From Eledone cirrhosa (taxonomy: Eukaryota), in contig OZ024740.1 of NCBI GenBank assembly GCA_964016885.1, forward strand, positions 330,894,001 to 330,958,000: 64,000 nt of DNA. Direction: 5' to 3'. Below, in pieces: positions 1 through 12,955 of the stretch. The position numbers and the translations under genes were made by a program. The first letter of the stretch is position 1, and every line of letters begins with the position of its first letter. The notes beneath the pieces are model-generated. The model saw only the letters and a list, made by a program, of their open reading frames with translations, did not search any database and had not been told where the DNA came from.

Positions 1-1659
1 TTCGCATTGCAAATGACTAAGTTAGCTAGGTTGAAAATTACTAATTTAAAATAATATGGTTTGCTGTCTCGATTTAAGATAAATCAATAAAAATAAAAAG
101 AACAAACCTATATTGGCAATAGCCGTGATACCCGGACAGATTTTAAAATTTGTTGACAAATTTTAAAATTTGTTTCGCCACAATTAAGTGAAAGTTACTT
201 TTCCTGTGCTCTTCGGCGGGTAACCGGAAATTAGCAAGTTTCACTTCAAAATATTTAAGAAGACTGAGATAAATGTGCTTTTGAACGCACATGCGTCACA
301 GCGCCTAACACGTCACATACCCGTGCCGCTAAAAATAGCAGTCAGTTTTATGGTACTAACGTGAGGAGCCGAAAATATTATATATAGAGTTGTATACTTG
401 TATCAGTGTTCATACCTATCATATATTCATTGTATATAAATATATATACATTTATATAGTCAATCGTTTACGACTACCACAAAAAAGACATTCAGTTAAA
501 CATTTAATAAAATGAAAACAGAAGTATGTATTTTTGATTAGAATTAAGTATTTTTCTGTCTACCATTTTCCTAGATGAACTCTGAAGTACTACGAATAAT
601 GGTGAATATAAAAGAAATGTGAAATATATTTAATCCATACACTCTTACTTCATATCCTCTAAACTAGCGAATATAAGACATGAAACAATAATCCTCCAAG
701 AAAGAATCCTCAGAATTCCATCAATATTAATTTTAGAGTGCAAGTTAAATGAATACCGGCAAGCAAAAACCAAAACAAGAACAACAGCAAAAGGTTATAC
801 CATATAATATATATATATATATATTAATCCAAGTAACATCAGAATCTATACAGAGTCACAACTAAATACATTCAAGCTGTAATACTAGGGGCAAAACCAA
901 TATATTAAAAAAATTCATCTTACAGAAATATCAAATTATAGATAGTAAAACACAGGGAAGTTCATTTACATGTTATTGTGATTAACGTAATTAAATACTG
1001 TTAAGTTAGAGAATGCAGCTACTCAAACTGCGGTGTATTAGAAGGTGTCTCACATGAAAGACGGACCACATTTCAAAACTGAAAAAGAAAATCCCCAGCA
1101 AAAAAAAACTTGTTACACAACGTGTTACACAATTTACTATACATGTTATATAGTTTCCATGAAGACTACAATTTTCAAATAATTCTGACAACCCGAAAAT
1201 GTACGACATCATACCGTTAATAATTTAGGGCACTGTACGACAGAAAGATCCTCTGAGCCAACATATAAAATGTTGAGGAGGAAGAAAATTCGCAAACTTC
1301 AATGTGTTTTTGTTTATTCTATCAATGTAGGTATTTAACAACAGAACAATAAGACATATTTTATAACTATACACGAGAGAAAACTATACTTGTAGTAGTA
1401 ACGCGTGAAATATTTCGAACACAGATATATCGAAAGCAGATAAATATGAAACTTTAAAAAACAACTCACATCGTAGTACAAAACCTTCTTAGATAATTAT
1501 GACTTGTTCTGAAAACCTACATGTATTGAAAAAGACAAAACTATAATTTATTGTTTTACTTAATTATTTTCGTTGTCTATAGTTAATTAGCATGTATACA
1601 TAAAAATACACAGGCAGTAACATATTTTTATATATCTATCTATCTCTATATATTTATGC

Positions 1660-1764
<105 letters not shown>

Positions 1765-3974
1765 ATATATATATATATATATATATATGTATATGATGGC
1801 TGCAAACTTTGCTAAGAGTATTGCAATCACTTGTCAGATTACAGAAAATGGTATACTTTCAGACACAGCCAGCCACACGAATCTGTAACATAACCTGAAT
1901 AATCCATGTCTGTACTGTGAAGGTTTTTAAGTGGAGAAAGGCATTGCACCCGACAAATCCAACTCTCTGACCATCGAAAACACTACCCGAAAAGGAAAAC
2001 TGGTCAACATCATCGGATGCCTCCGAAACCGCATTATAATTGAACTTTTAGTTGTTGGACAGCAAGTAATATTCCATTTGTTTGAGGCAATCACAAAGCA
2101 CACAATGGATCGATACTTAAAAACATTAAGTCCAGAGTAAACAAAACAGTTATAGAGTATGACACCAAGAGTATCGAACGAAGGCACTGGCTATACATCA
2201 AGGTTTTCCTACTGAATGACTCAAAGCGTTTCTATATACAGGAATTATACTATTTATGAAAAGGTACACTATTTGAATCGTTACGGTCTTTCACTCTAGT
2301 GTCGCATATGAGAACCATTTTGATACAGTAGAATGTTTAGGTCTTCGCGACCCACTGAAACATGTATTTGGGTAATCATTTATATTCAAAAGATTTATTG
2401 TTGGAGCATCGATTTGTGTCAAATGCAAATAATCCCCATTCTTACTTGAGGCTACAATACTTATATAATTTAAATAACTGTCTAAAAAATGTTTTTTTTT
2501 AAATTGTTTTCTTATTCATCAGTGTAGTTACGAATCCTTATTAGGTTTTCATATCTTAAGATCTCCATAAATTGTAAATATTGTAAATGTTAATTAATTT
2601 TTAACTTTTTTACAAAACGTATTAAGTAAATAATGAGTAAGTCGATTCTATATGTGATCGTCGTGGGTGTAAAAAGTACCTTAAGCTTTAGATGTTGTAT
2701 ATTGATAAACACAATATCCAAATTGTATTAGCCGTTCATTTTTAATTGTTCATAGCTTCCATGCAATGCTTGTTAATTTCAATTTCTGAATAGATTGTTT
2801 ATAGATATATGGTTTCTCATATTACATTTTCACTACACGATAATTAGAAGCTTTCGAGCATAAAAAAGCAACAGTGTCACGTTACCCTATTATCATCCCC
2901 AATTAATTCAGTGCTCGCGTTTATCTTTGGGCTATTATAGTTAGCTATTTAAACGTTAAAACTTTATAAAGTTGTAAAACAGTCACACAAAACATTATCT
3001 TTTTCTTTTATATTACTCATTAGCGAAAATTTAATTATTCTATTTCTCTCTGGCTGTAAATGTGCGTGACTATTAAACAGTATCGATAGGAATATTAAGA
3101 ATGTTTTTCCTTCCAAATTACAATCATTTCCTACGATTTCTAATAATTTGCAAGTTGCTGATCATACTCTCCAAATAAAAGGTTATGTAATGAAAGAATA
3201 TTATCCAATATCGGAGCGTTCAAAGGTTTTAAGCTAACTAATATTACAACGGTAATGTAGATATCATCATTAAATATAACAATAATTACATGCAATGGCA
3301 TCATATTTTGTAGAATTTTCCCATTATAACAGGAAAACATTAATGTTTTTTAGACAAAAGATTGTTGAAAAACGTAGCAATATTTTTGCTTGTCCTTGTT
3401 TTATGTGGAAAACGTTATTGTATTCATTTTATCAATTATTACTTTGTTTGAGACATTGAAATGCACTGCTGTCAGTGGTTTACAAAATTAAATCGATCCC
3501 TGTATGTAGTCTGAAACTCAATCTATTGATTTCTGTTAATAGTATGGTTGGGTTGCGCTCTTGAGTTGCGTGCTATTAGGATATTGCACGCTAATATGGG
3601 GGGAATATAGCGATTAACATTAGTAAGCAGAACACTTGACACGCACAAACTCAGACACATAGACACAGATACACACACACACACAGTCACATACACATAT
3701 ACACACAGTAAAACATTCAGACACCACTTATACACACACACAAACACACGCGCATACACACGCACACACCCACATTCTCCTTCGGAAAGCTGTTAATATT
3801 TCAACAGCATGTGAACTTCAGCTTATTATATCGGGCAACAAAACCTGTGTCTGTCGCTGCTGTAATTGTCATTAGATATAGCTTCGCATTCGAGAGTCTT
3901 CGCATGGGGAGATTCTTTTGCTCTCTAACATTTTGATATTGTCTCACGTCAACCTGATCAGCTCATTGAGAGCA

Positions 3975-4235
3975 GCATGACGTAGGAGGCGTTTGAGATC
4001 ATGATGGCATGACAGCGGGTGACAGCCGAAAAAACAACACGTCAAAAGTCGCTTCTTTTGAGTAATGATTGACAGCGAGTTGACAGGCAGAACGGTAACA
4101 TGCCAGCCGGTTCAGACCAATTAGACACACAAAGCTGTCTGAAGCCTAATCACATTAGACTGTTTCCTATATGTTTTGGGTTACTTGACATTTACAAATG
4201 AAAATCTGTCACTTTTGAAGCACCTCAGGGTAAGC
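3975..4235 (+). promoter_or_regulatory. Candidate enhancer/promoter with TALE homeodomain (Pbx-Meis/Prep) site cluster
   Basis: TGACAG at 4010, 4020 and 4081; TGATTGACAG decamer at 4066-4075; CTGTCA at 4206; CCAAT at 4117; AGG|GTAAGC donor-like site at 4230. Sequence is not repeated elsewhere in the window. Confidence 0.4.
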
Positions 4236-4639
4236 AATATGTAATTTTTTCTTGATGTCCAAATGAATACATTGTTGCTGCTTTCAACTCGTCAGCAACC
4301 AAATTGAGTTGACCATAGGAAAATCATGTGGTAGAGAGATCACGTCCAACTACCTTAAGAGATTGAACATCAGATTTGTTAATTGAAATAACAAAACATA
4401 GTTTGAATGGTAACTGAAGCCTCTTAAATTCAACCTCATATACACTAACACACATATGTATATGTCTGTGTAGATGTGTGTGCGTGTGTTGAATTATCTG
4501 TGAATCTGATTAAATATTTACCTGAAGATGTATGTGTATGTAACTTACTAAGGCTTAACGTATGTCACGAATGCGCAAACACACACACACACACACACAA
4601 ATACACACTCACAGATACATACATACTCATATACAAAAT

Positions 4640-4867
4640 GTGACGTCGTCATCGTGTTTTACAATATCGTTTACCTATAGTCTATAGTAGAATATGTTTG
4701 ATAAACTGTTATACTGTTTTAATCCACATGAAAATAAAAATTACATGTTGTTAATCCCGGTGTCTAATCATATTACCTTTTAAAATTTGATTTGATTTGG
4801 TCGAGCCGTTTGAGAATGCATAAGGTAAAAAACAGACAGACAGACAAATAATCATTTATATATATAG
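4640..4867 (+). mobile_element. Possible HINE/DINE-1-like (Helentron-associated) non-autonomous element, 3' part
   Basis: aaatttgatttgatttggtcgagccgttt...(ACAG)n...tttatatatatag layout typical of DINE-1-like ends. Confidence 0.4.
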
Positions 4868-4938
4868 TAATATAATAATAAATGTGAAGACTAAAATCCA
4901 AAGCGATTATTTGCTTAAACATTAATCTGTTATTTTAA

Positions 4939-5023
<85 letters not shown>

Positions 5024-5136
5024 ATATATATAGTGAAAGCAGCGATTCTTTGCTTAAACTTTAATCTGTTATTTTAATAAATATATATATATATATTAAT
5101 ATATATATATATGTATATATATTAAAATAACAAAAT

Positions 5137-5940
5137 GTGCATCGCACCTACATCGGTGCAACATCCACGACCTTTAAATCGCGGATGTATAATCACACGA
5201 ATTCCTTCAGAGACGGTAGGAAAAGGCACTCCACTAGGTTAGCGGACCGGGTGTGGGACCTGAAAGACCAAGGCACTCCGTACGCCCTGGAATGGAGTAT
5301 TGTTCGCCATGCGAGCGCATATTCGGCTGGAAGTAGAAAGTGCCGATTATGCCTACACAAGGCCATGGAGATAGTCAGACTGAAAGATGACGCGGTCAAC
5401 CTGAAGTCTGAAATGATTATGACCTGCAGACACTAGAGAAGATGAACATTTGCAGCATGGAATCCTACGGGTGGCACAGGCCTGGAGTATGGGGCCGGGT
5501 ACGCACAGACCCGCATGGCCCAACGGGATTAAGGGACCTGGCGCCATTTCCTGATGATATTGTGCGACCCGTGTGACAAACATAAGTAAACCATGGTGCG
5601 CACCTGACGAAGAACGCAACATAAGGCAGGCACATTGCTTAGGCCGGGACCGGCTAATATGGGGCCCACGGTCGTCCGGTCCAATACCCCAAACATATAG
5701 AACAGCGCACCCCAGACGCGGTTGCATAACCCATGGTGACCGGGCCAAGCGTTCCCTTGAATGTGTACACCATCAATCGTGACTATATACTCTCCACATG
5801 TTCCACATTGGAACACTTATTATTACTGATTATTATTGTTTTGTTATTGTTACCTGTTCCATATACGGATCTAAGTTTGCACCTCATACTACCTATGTGT
5901 AGTATATCACATGGATACACGAACCTTCTACTGTAACTTC
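5137..5940 (+). mobile_element. 5'-truncated Penelope-like element: GIY-YIG C-terminus plus 3' pLTR
   Basis: ORF 5137-5436 has YIGAT..FKSRMYNH and CRLCL..NLKSEM..CRH, a Neptune-type PLE endonuclease. Downstream are degenerate CTGATGA/CTGACGA cores. Abuts a (TA)n tract. Confidence 0.8.
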
Positions 5941-6049
5941 CCACCGCCTTTTATTTACCCCTTTTTTATTTATCTCTTTGTGAAATTACATACATATTTT
6001 AATGTATTTTAACATATTGTAAATTTATTTATTTTATTTTATTATCCTA

Positions 6050-6179
6050 TTGTGTTTATATGTGTAGACCTGTGCGTAGGTATATGTATGTGTGTGTGTA
6101 TGTATGCATGTGTACGTATATGCATGAGCTTATAAGCGTGTGTGTGCATGCATGTACATGTATGTACATATGTGGGTGA

Positions 6180-6223
<44 letters not shown>

Positions 6224-6585
6224 ACGCATAGCTGCGTATGAGTATGTGTGTGTATGTGGATGCATATGTATATATATATGTGTGTGTGCGTATGTATGTA
6301 TATGTGGGTCTCTATATGTATGTGTATTTATGTGTGTATGTATATATATATGTGTGTACATCTCACAGGAATGTGTACGGATGCATTATATATTCATTTT
6401 ATTATTATTATTATTATTATCGAATCCCGCCAGGTTGACTTTGCCTTTCATCCTTACGGGGTCGATAAAATAAAGTACCAGTAATGCACTGGATAATTGC
6501 TGGCCTTGTGCCTAAAGTAGAAACAATTATTATTATTATTATTTTATCATATATCCATTGTATATATCCGTATATGTATGTATGA

Positions 6586-6626
<41 letters not shown>

Positions 6627-6965
6627 TGTATACTATATTGATATTTTACGTTACGTTATTTTACTGTTACTTTATGGTATATTGTGTTTTTTATTATATA
6701 TTGTATTTTTATTTTACGGTTTTGTTTATATATGTATATGTGGAAGCATGTGTGTGTAAGCAAATATGCATATGTGCCTGTGTCTGCATGTGGCAGTCCG
6801 TGTGCATATGTATATGTATGTAAATGTGTATATGTGTGCATGTATATATGTATGTATATATGTGGGTGGGCGTATGCATGTAGAGTTTTTTATATATATG
6901 TGTGTATGTATGTATGTAGGTATGTAGTTATATGTACGTATGTGTATTTTTTATGTAAGTGTATG

Positions 6966-7011
<46 letters not shown>

Positions 7012-7570
7012 AGGTTTTGCATAGGTATGTGTGTGCGCGTATAAGTTTATATGTGTATGTGCGTGTATACATCTGTATGTATGTGTTCGTATACATATAT
7101 GTATATGTGTATACGTGTGTGTCTGCATGCGTGTGTGTATGTGTGAGTGTCAATGTACACACACATGTAAATAAAATAAAAATATATATATGTGGTGTGA
7201 GAATCTGTAAGTGCGGTGTGTGTTGTGGGCGCGTACGTACACCCACATAGGGCAGGGTTTGTCTATGTGTTTATATACGGGTGTATATAAACGTGTGTGT
7301 CTGCGCGTGTGTGCGCGTTTACGTGCGTGTGTGATCGGATGTAATGCGCGGTTTAGGCAGGCGCTATAGGCTTGTGGCTGTCGGTATCTAGAAGTGGGTG
7401 TGCCTGGGTTTGTGGAAGAGGGGAGAGTGTGTGCGAGTGTATATGTGCATGGGTGTGTGTGTGTCTACACATGTATGCGTACATATGTGTGTGCACGCAT
7501 GTGTCTGTGCCTGCCCGTGTGTGTGTATATATGGGTGTGTGTGTGTGTGTGGGTGGGTACATACACTGGA
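6050..7570. repeat. Low-complexity (TG/TA/TATG)n region
   Basis: Degenerate dinucleotide runs; the overlapping ORFs are VC/YI/HT artefacts. Confidence 0.9.
6423..6528 (+). mobile_element. 5'-truncated tRNA-derived SINE (Meta-core)
   Basis: gcctttcatccttacggggtcgataaaataaagtacc core and the same 3' tail as other copies; sits within (ATT)n. Confidence 0.85.
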
Positions 7571-8009
7571 GTGTGAACAAAATTCTGAGATACCGAACCC
7601 AGCATGACTCAATTGAAACGTGTCGGACGGGAAATGGCTGAGAACCCGTGTAACAGGAAATAGTGACCAGAACTTAAGATGACGTGGAATAGCAACAGCT
7701 AATGGTATGACAAGAGTGGTAGATGTTTTCTGAAGGTGTTTTTTGACAATAACACCCCAGTGGGAAAATTTGCGCCGAACGAACTACCCCTGGCCGTAGG
7801 ATCCGGCAGCCGTAGAATCAGCCACATCCATACATTGATCATGTCTCTAGTTACCTGCCGGTAAAACAATTGTAACACGCAATAAACCGAGTCCAGATGC
7901 ATCACTGACTTTTCGTTATTTATACTATCCACACTCTACTCTGTATGAATATTGAGTACTAATTTTGGCATACCGACTATGGAAGCACCATAGCTACCAT
8001 TATACACAA

Positions 8010-8087
<78 letters not shown>

Positions 8088-8089
<2 letters not shown>

Positions 8090-8256
8090 AGCCCCTACAT
8101 GGACACACTAGAAGAGGAAGACCAAGGTTAACGTATGTTGATGCCCTAAGGACAGACACTGGTCTGTTGGAGATGCAGGACATGGCAGCGATAATGAGGG
8201 ACAGAGACCGCTGGAGAGAACTCGTCCATGGATCTCGGGAATTTTACCCGCCTTAG
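8088..8256 (+). mobile_element. RTE/RTE-X LINE 3' fragment
   Basis: Translates EPLHGHTRRGRPRLTYVDALRTDTGL...MRDRDRWRELV, an RTE C-terminal motif; embedded in (TA)n. Confidence 0.8.
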
Positions 8257-8273
8257 ATAGATATATATATAAA

Positions 8274-8356
<83 letters not shown>

Positions 8357-8404
8357 TTCTGTATAATGGTAGCTATGGTGCTTCCATAGGCGGTATGGCA
8401 ATTA

Positions 8405-9025
8405 TCTGGCAGGAAGGTATACGTTGCTGACGATAACTAATAAGTTTGAAACTAGTACAGCGTTCCTTTGTCAGTGTTGAACAAATGAGCAACGATGGTT
8501 GCTAGACACTGTACGGCTTAATTCGGGATGTTTGTTTACAAACACACCGAGCATTATAATAAATGTTCGGTAAATCCATACGTACATATATATATGTGTG
8601 CATGTATGTATATATATATATATCTACATACTACTGTACGTCTGTATACATATATTTATGTACGTATACATACTTATATTTAAGTAACAGCCGTACTAAG
8701 AGTGAGAAATGAAATTTCGTTTTATTTTTCCGTTTATCGTTTTCGGTGTGTCCGGCCGATTAACTCACTCGATATGCCAATTAGGCTGCTCAGCCGTTAA
8801 TATGCATAAGGAAAGTATATACTTTCAGACGTTCAATCGTCTGGCAGGAAGGTATACGTTGCCGACGATAGCTAATAAGCTTGAAACTAGTACAGCGTTC
8901 CTTTGTCAGTGTTGAAGACATGTGCTACGATGGTTGCTAGACACTGTATGGCTTAATTGGGGATGTTTGTTTACAAACATACCGAGCATTATAATAAATG
9001 TTCGGTGAATCCATACGTACATATA
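8405..9025 (+). mobile_element. Partially tandem PLE pLTR fragments
   Basis: 8405-8590 is a direct repeat of 8840-9025; both carry the HHR. Confidence 0.65.
8421..8463 (+). ncRNA. Minimal type I hammerhead ribozyme (PLE pLTR)
   Basis: acgttg-CTGACGA-t(aac taataa gtt)t-GAAA-ctaGTA-cagcgt: stem I pairs and stem III is palindromic (actagt). A second copy at 8856-8898 has a C-for-T change in the core. Confidence 0.7.
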
Positions 9026-9097
9026 TATATATGTGTGCATGTTCGTATATATATACTACTGTACGTCTGTATACATATATGTATGTACGTATACATA

Positions 9098-9130
<33 letters not shown>

Positions 9131-9131
<1 letters not shown>

Positions 9132-11713
9132 GGAAAAATTTGAACAAGGACAAAACAGAGAGGCAGTACAACAAATGTTTATTAATTTCACGCTCTGGAG
9201 AGTGGGGTGTTGGTGGGGGACGACGTTTCAGGCATAAGCCCTTCCTCAGGTGGGAAGTGTGTGGGAACAGAGTTCAAAGGGTGTGTAGGGGAGTGGTGGA
9301 GAGACATATAGCGAAAGGAAATGGTGCGAAAGAAAAAATAAAAAATAAAGATAAAAATAAAAATAAAGCATGATCAAAATACAAGGAATGAGATAAATTT
9401 TAAAATAAAGGCATGATCAAAATAAACTGAAATTAAAAGGGGGTTAAACAGGTGGTTGAAGGGTGTGGGGTGTGTAGGGGTGGTGGCGGGTGGAGTGAGG
9501 AGAGGGAGACGGGGTGTCCGAGCGGGGAGGGCTGACGGTGGCGTGTGTGTGTAGGTGTACGTGTGTCTGTGTGTGTGTGTATGTGAAAGTAAGGGTTGGG
9601 GGAAGAACGGGGTTGCATGATCAGGCGAAGAGAAGGTAGGAGAGTTGAAGGGCGGAGGGGAGATAGCAGGGTGGGAAGAGGGGGTTAGGAAAAGTTTGAG
9701 GTGATTATGTAGTTGGTGGAGAAAGGATCTCAGGTTGGGCATGATGGGCGTTGGGTGAAAGCAGGGGGAGGGATGAGAAGGCAGGGGTGTGAAGCGGGGT
9801 GGAGTAAACGAAGGGGTGAGTGCGAAGGATAGGCAAAGACGGGGAAGGGAAAATGAAACAGAAAAACGTAGGGAGGGGGAGTAAACACAGGAAAATTAAA
9901 GATAAAAAATCATAAAGGTAAAGACACAGGTGATCGTGAACAAAAAATCATAAAGGTAAAAACACACGCAACCGTGAACAAAAAATCATAGAAATACAAT
10001 TGTAAGAACACAGGCAAAGAATCTTATACGGAAAAAAAAGGTACAGTAACAAAATCAAACAGAGGTAATGCGTGGAAGGAAAGACCAAGTGTGGGAAGGT
10101 GTGTAAAGTTCAGAGAAAGGTCACGGCGGATTAGATAAGGGTTGAGCCGGTAGTTAAGTTATGTTCCAAGGAATGGAAGCCGTGTGAGCGTGTATTATAT
10201 ATAATGGAAAAATTTGAACAGGGACAAAACAGAGAGGCAGTACAACAAATGTTTATTAATTTCACGCTCTGGAGAGTGGGGTGTTGGTGGGGGACGACGT
10301 TTCGGGCATAAGCCCTTCCTCAGGTGGGAAGTGTGTGGGAACAGAGTTCAAAGGGTGTGTAGGGGAGTGGTGGAGAGACATATAGCGAAAGGAAACGGTG
10401 CGAAAGAAAAAATAAAAAATAAAGATAAAAATAAAAATAAAGCATGATCAAAATACAAGGAATGAGATAAATTTTAAAATAAAGGCATGATCAAAATAAA
10501 CTGAAATTAAAAGGGGGTTAAACAGGTGGTAGAAGGGTGTGGGGTGTGTAGGGGTGGTGGCGGGTGGAGTGAGGAGAGGGAGACGGGGTGTCCGAGCGGG
10601 GAGGGCTGAAGGTGGTGTGTGTGTGTGTAGGTGTGCGTGTGTCTGTGTGTGTGTGTATGTGAAAGTAAGGGTTGGGGGAAGAACGGGGTTGCATGATCAG
10701 GCGAAGAGAAGGTAGGAGATTTGAAGGGCGGAGGGGAGATAGCAGGGTGGGAAGAGGGGGTTAGGAAAAGTTTGAGGTGATTATGTAGTTGGTGGAGAAA
10801 GGATCTCAGGTTGGGCATGATGGGCGTTGGGTGAAAGCAGGGGAGGGATGAGAAGGCAGGGGTGTGAAGCGGGGTGGAGTAAACGAAGGGGTGAGTGCGA
10901 AGGATAGGCAAAGACGGGGAAGGGAAAATGAAACAGAAAAACGTAGGGAGGGGGAGTAAACAGGAAAATTAAAGATAAAAAATCATAAAGGTAAAGACAC
11001 AGGCGATCGTGAACAAAAAATCATAAAGGTAAAAACACACGCAACCGTGAACAAAAAATCATAGAAATACAATTGTAAGAACACAGGCAAAGAATCTTAT
11101 ACGGAAAAAAAAGGTACAGTAACAAAATCAAACAGAGGTAATGCGTGGAAGGAAAGACCAAGTGTGGGAAGGTGTGTAAAGTTCAGAGAAAGGTCACGGC
11201 GGATTAGATCGGGGTTGAGCCGGTATTTAAGTTATGTTCCAAGGAATGGAAGCCGTGTGAGCGTGTATTATATATAATGGAAAAATTTGAACAGGGACAA
11301 AACAGAGAGGCAGTGCAACAAATGTTTATTAATTTCACGCTCTGGAGAGTGGGGTGTTGGTGGGGGACGACGTTTCGGGCATAAGCCCTTCCTCAGGTTG
11401 GAAGTGTGTGGGAACAGAGTTCAAAGGGTGTGTAGGGGAGTGGTGGAGAGACATATAGCGAAAGGAAACGGTGCGAAAGAAAAAATAAAAAATAAAGATA
11501 AAAATAAAAATAAAGCATGATCAAAATACAAGGAATGAGATAAATTTTAAAATAAAGGCATGATCAAAATAAACTGAAATTAAAAGGGGGTTAAACAGGT
11601 GGTGGAAGGGTGTGGGGTGTGTAGGGGTGGTGGCGGGTGGAGTGAGGAGAGGGAGACGGGTGTCCGAGCGGGGAGGGCTGAAGGTGGTGTGTGTGTGTAG
11701 GTGTGCGTGTGTC
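9131..11713 (-). repeat. Tandem array of a ~1074-bp HHR-containing unit (2.4 copies), non-autonomous PLE/retrozyme-like
   Basis: Near-identical units start at 9131, 10205 and 11278. The minus strand has CTGAGGA-gggc ttat gccc-GAAA-cGTC at ~9219-9253, 10293-10327 and 11366-11400, followed by AATAAA. Confidence 0.85.
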
Positions 11714-11734
11714 TATATATACATTCATATATAG

Positions 11735-12490
11735 CGATATATATATGAATGTATATATAGTGTATTTTGCAATATACTGTATGCTAAGTAAAAGCATTTC
11801 GAAGACCTTACGCTATTGTTTTAGTGTAGTGACAGTCTCACTTACTCTAAATTTTCAGCAAACAGAGCTCTGTTTCGTACTTTTTGGTACTTATCAAAGC
11901 TAAGTACTCCATCTGTTTGCTGAAAATCATGAATGTTTGATTCTTATAGAATTCTAGTAATAATCAGGAACTGATTATACAGAGCAGTTGCCGGTCAAGC
12001 AGAATGTACCAAAAAGTACGAAACAGAGCTCTGCAGCTTTATCTCCCCTGTTTGCTGAAAATTTAAAGTAAGTAAGACTTTTATTACTCTAAAACAATAG
12101 CGTAAGGTCTTCGAAATGCTTTTAATTAAGAATACAGTTTATTGCAAAATACACTATATATACATTCATATATATATCGCTATTTCAGAGCGCCGATTCC
12201 AATATTCAATATCTGCTTGACCGGCAACCGCTCTGTATGATCAGTTCCTGATTATTACTAGAATTCTATAAGAATCAAACATTCATGATTTTCAGCAAAC
12301 AGGTGGACTACTTAGCTTCGATAAGTACCAAAAAGTACGAAACAGAGCTCTGTCAGCTTTATCTCACCTGTTTGCTGAAAATTAAAAGTAAGTGAGACTG
12401 TCACTACTCTAAAACAATAGCGTAAGGTCTTCGAAATGTTTTTAATTAAGCATACAGTGTATTGCAATATACACTATATATACATTTATA
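11735..12490 (+). mobile_element. Fold-back PLE pLTR cluster (one inverted plus two direct partial copies) with degenerate HHR
   Basis: 11735-12005 is the reverse complement of 12208-12490; 12006-12183 is a direct partial copy. agct-TCGATAA-gtac caaaaa gtac-GAAA-cagagctctGTC-agct at 12314-12358. Confidence 0.7.
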
Positions 12491-12518
12491 TATATATATA
12501 TATATATATTTGAAAATA

Positions 12519-12583
<65 letters not shown>

Positions 12584-12955
12584 CAGATATTCAATTACAT
12601 GATATGAGCTATAAATTGATGAATTAAGCAATGTTGCATAGATATGGTTGACAGAGCAACGCTTTACCTATTATCAGATTGTTTATGGACGGTTATTCCC
12701 AGCTAATTATGAGACTCGATAATTCTTGTTTTCATATATTTAGCATTATTTCTTGATGAAACATTTCAAGTTAAACAGATGTTGGGACTTTGGTATGGTC
12801 AGGCCGCCAGTTAAAAGAAAAGGAGTGGTTGATTTTGTTTTATATCAATGTCAATAATCATGCAATTAATCTATAATGTGCTTGCGTAATCAACAAAATA
12901 CGAACCTGGCATTCATTTTTCCATACTATGTGACCTTACCGATGGTGCTTATCCT

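Noticed and set aside
1840-2230. Short ORFs on both strands
   Set aside because: No clear motifs or splice context; possibly an ancient LINE remnant but unsupported
5434-5446. Possible selenocysteine/readthrough stops after the PLE GIY-YIG
   Set aside because: The first stop is TAG and looks like decay; Sec-encoding Naiad PLEs have an N-terminal endonuclease; no SECIS recognised
5545-5770. Hammerheads at CTGATGA (5551) and CTGACGA (5604)
   Set aside because: GAAA partners are mutated (GTAAA, GAAT) and stem I cannot be formed; degenerate at best
6056-7641. Many 60-190-aa ORFs rich in VC/YI/HT
   Set aside because: Translations of dinucleotide microsatellites; the same applies to the poly-K/F/S/L/V ORFs at 28388-28799, 31576-32013 and 39777-40076
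9131-11713. CRISPR-like or gene-triplication reading of the repeated 77-aa ORF
   Set aside because: No repeat-spacer structure; the ORF starts at TTG, lies antisense to the HHR and has no recognisable domain
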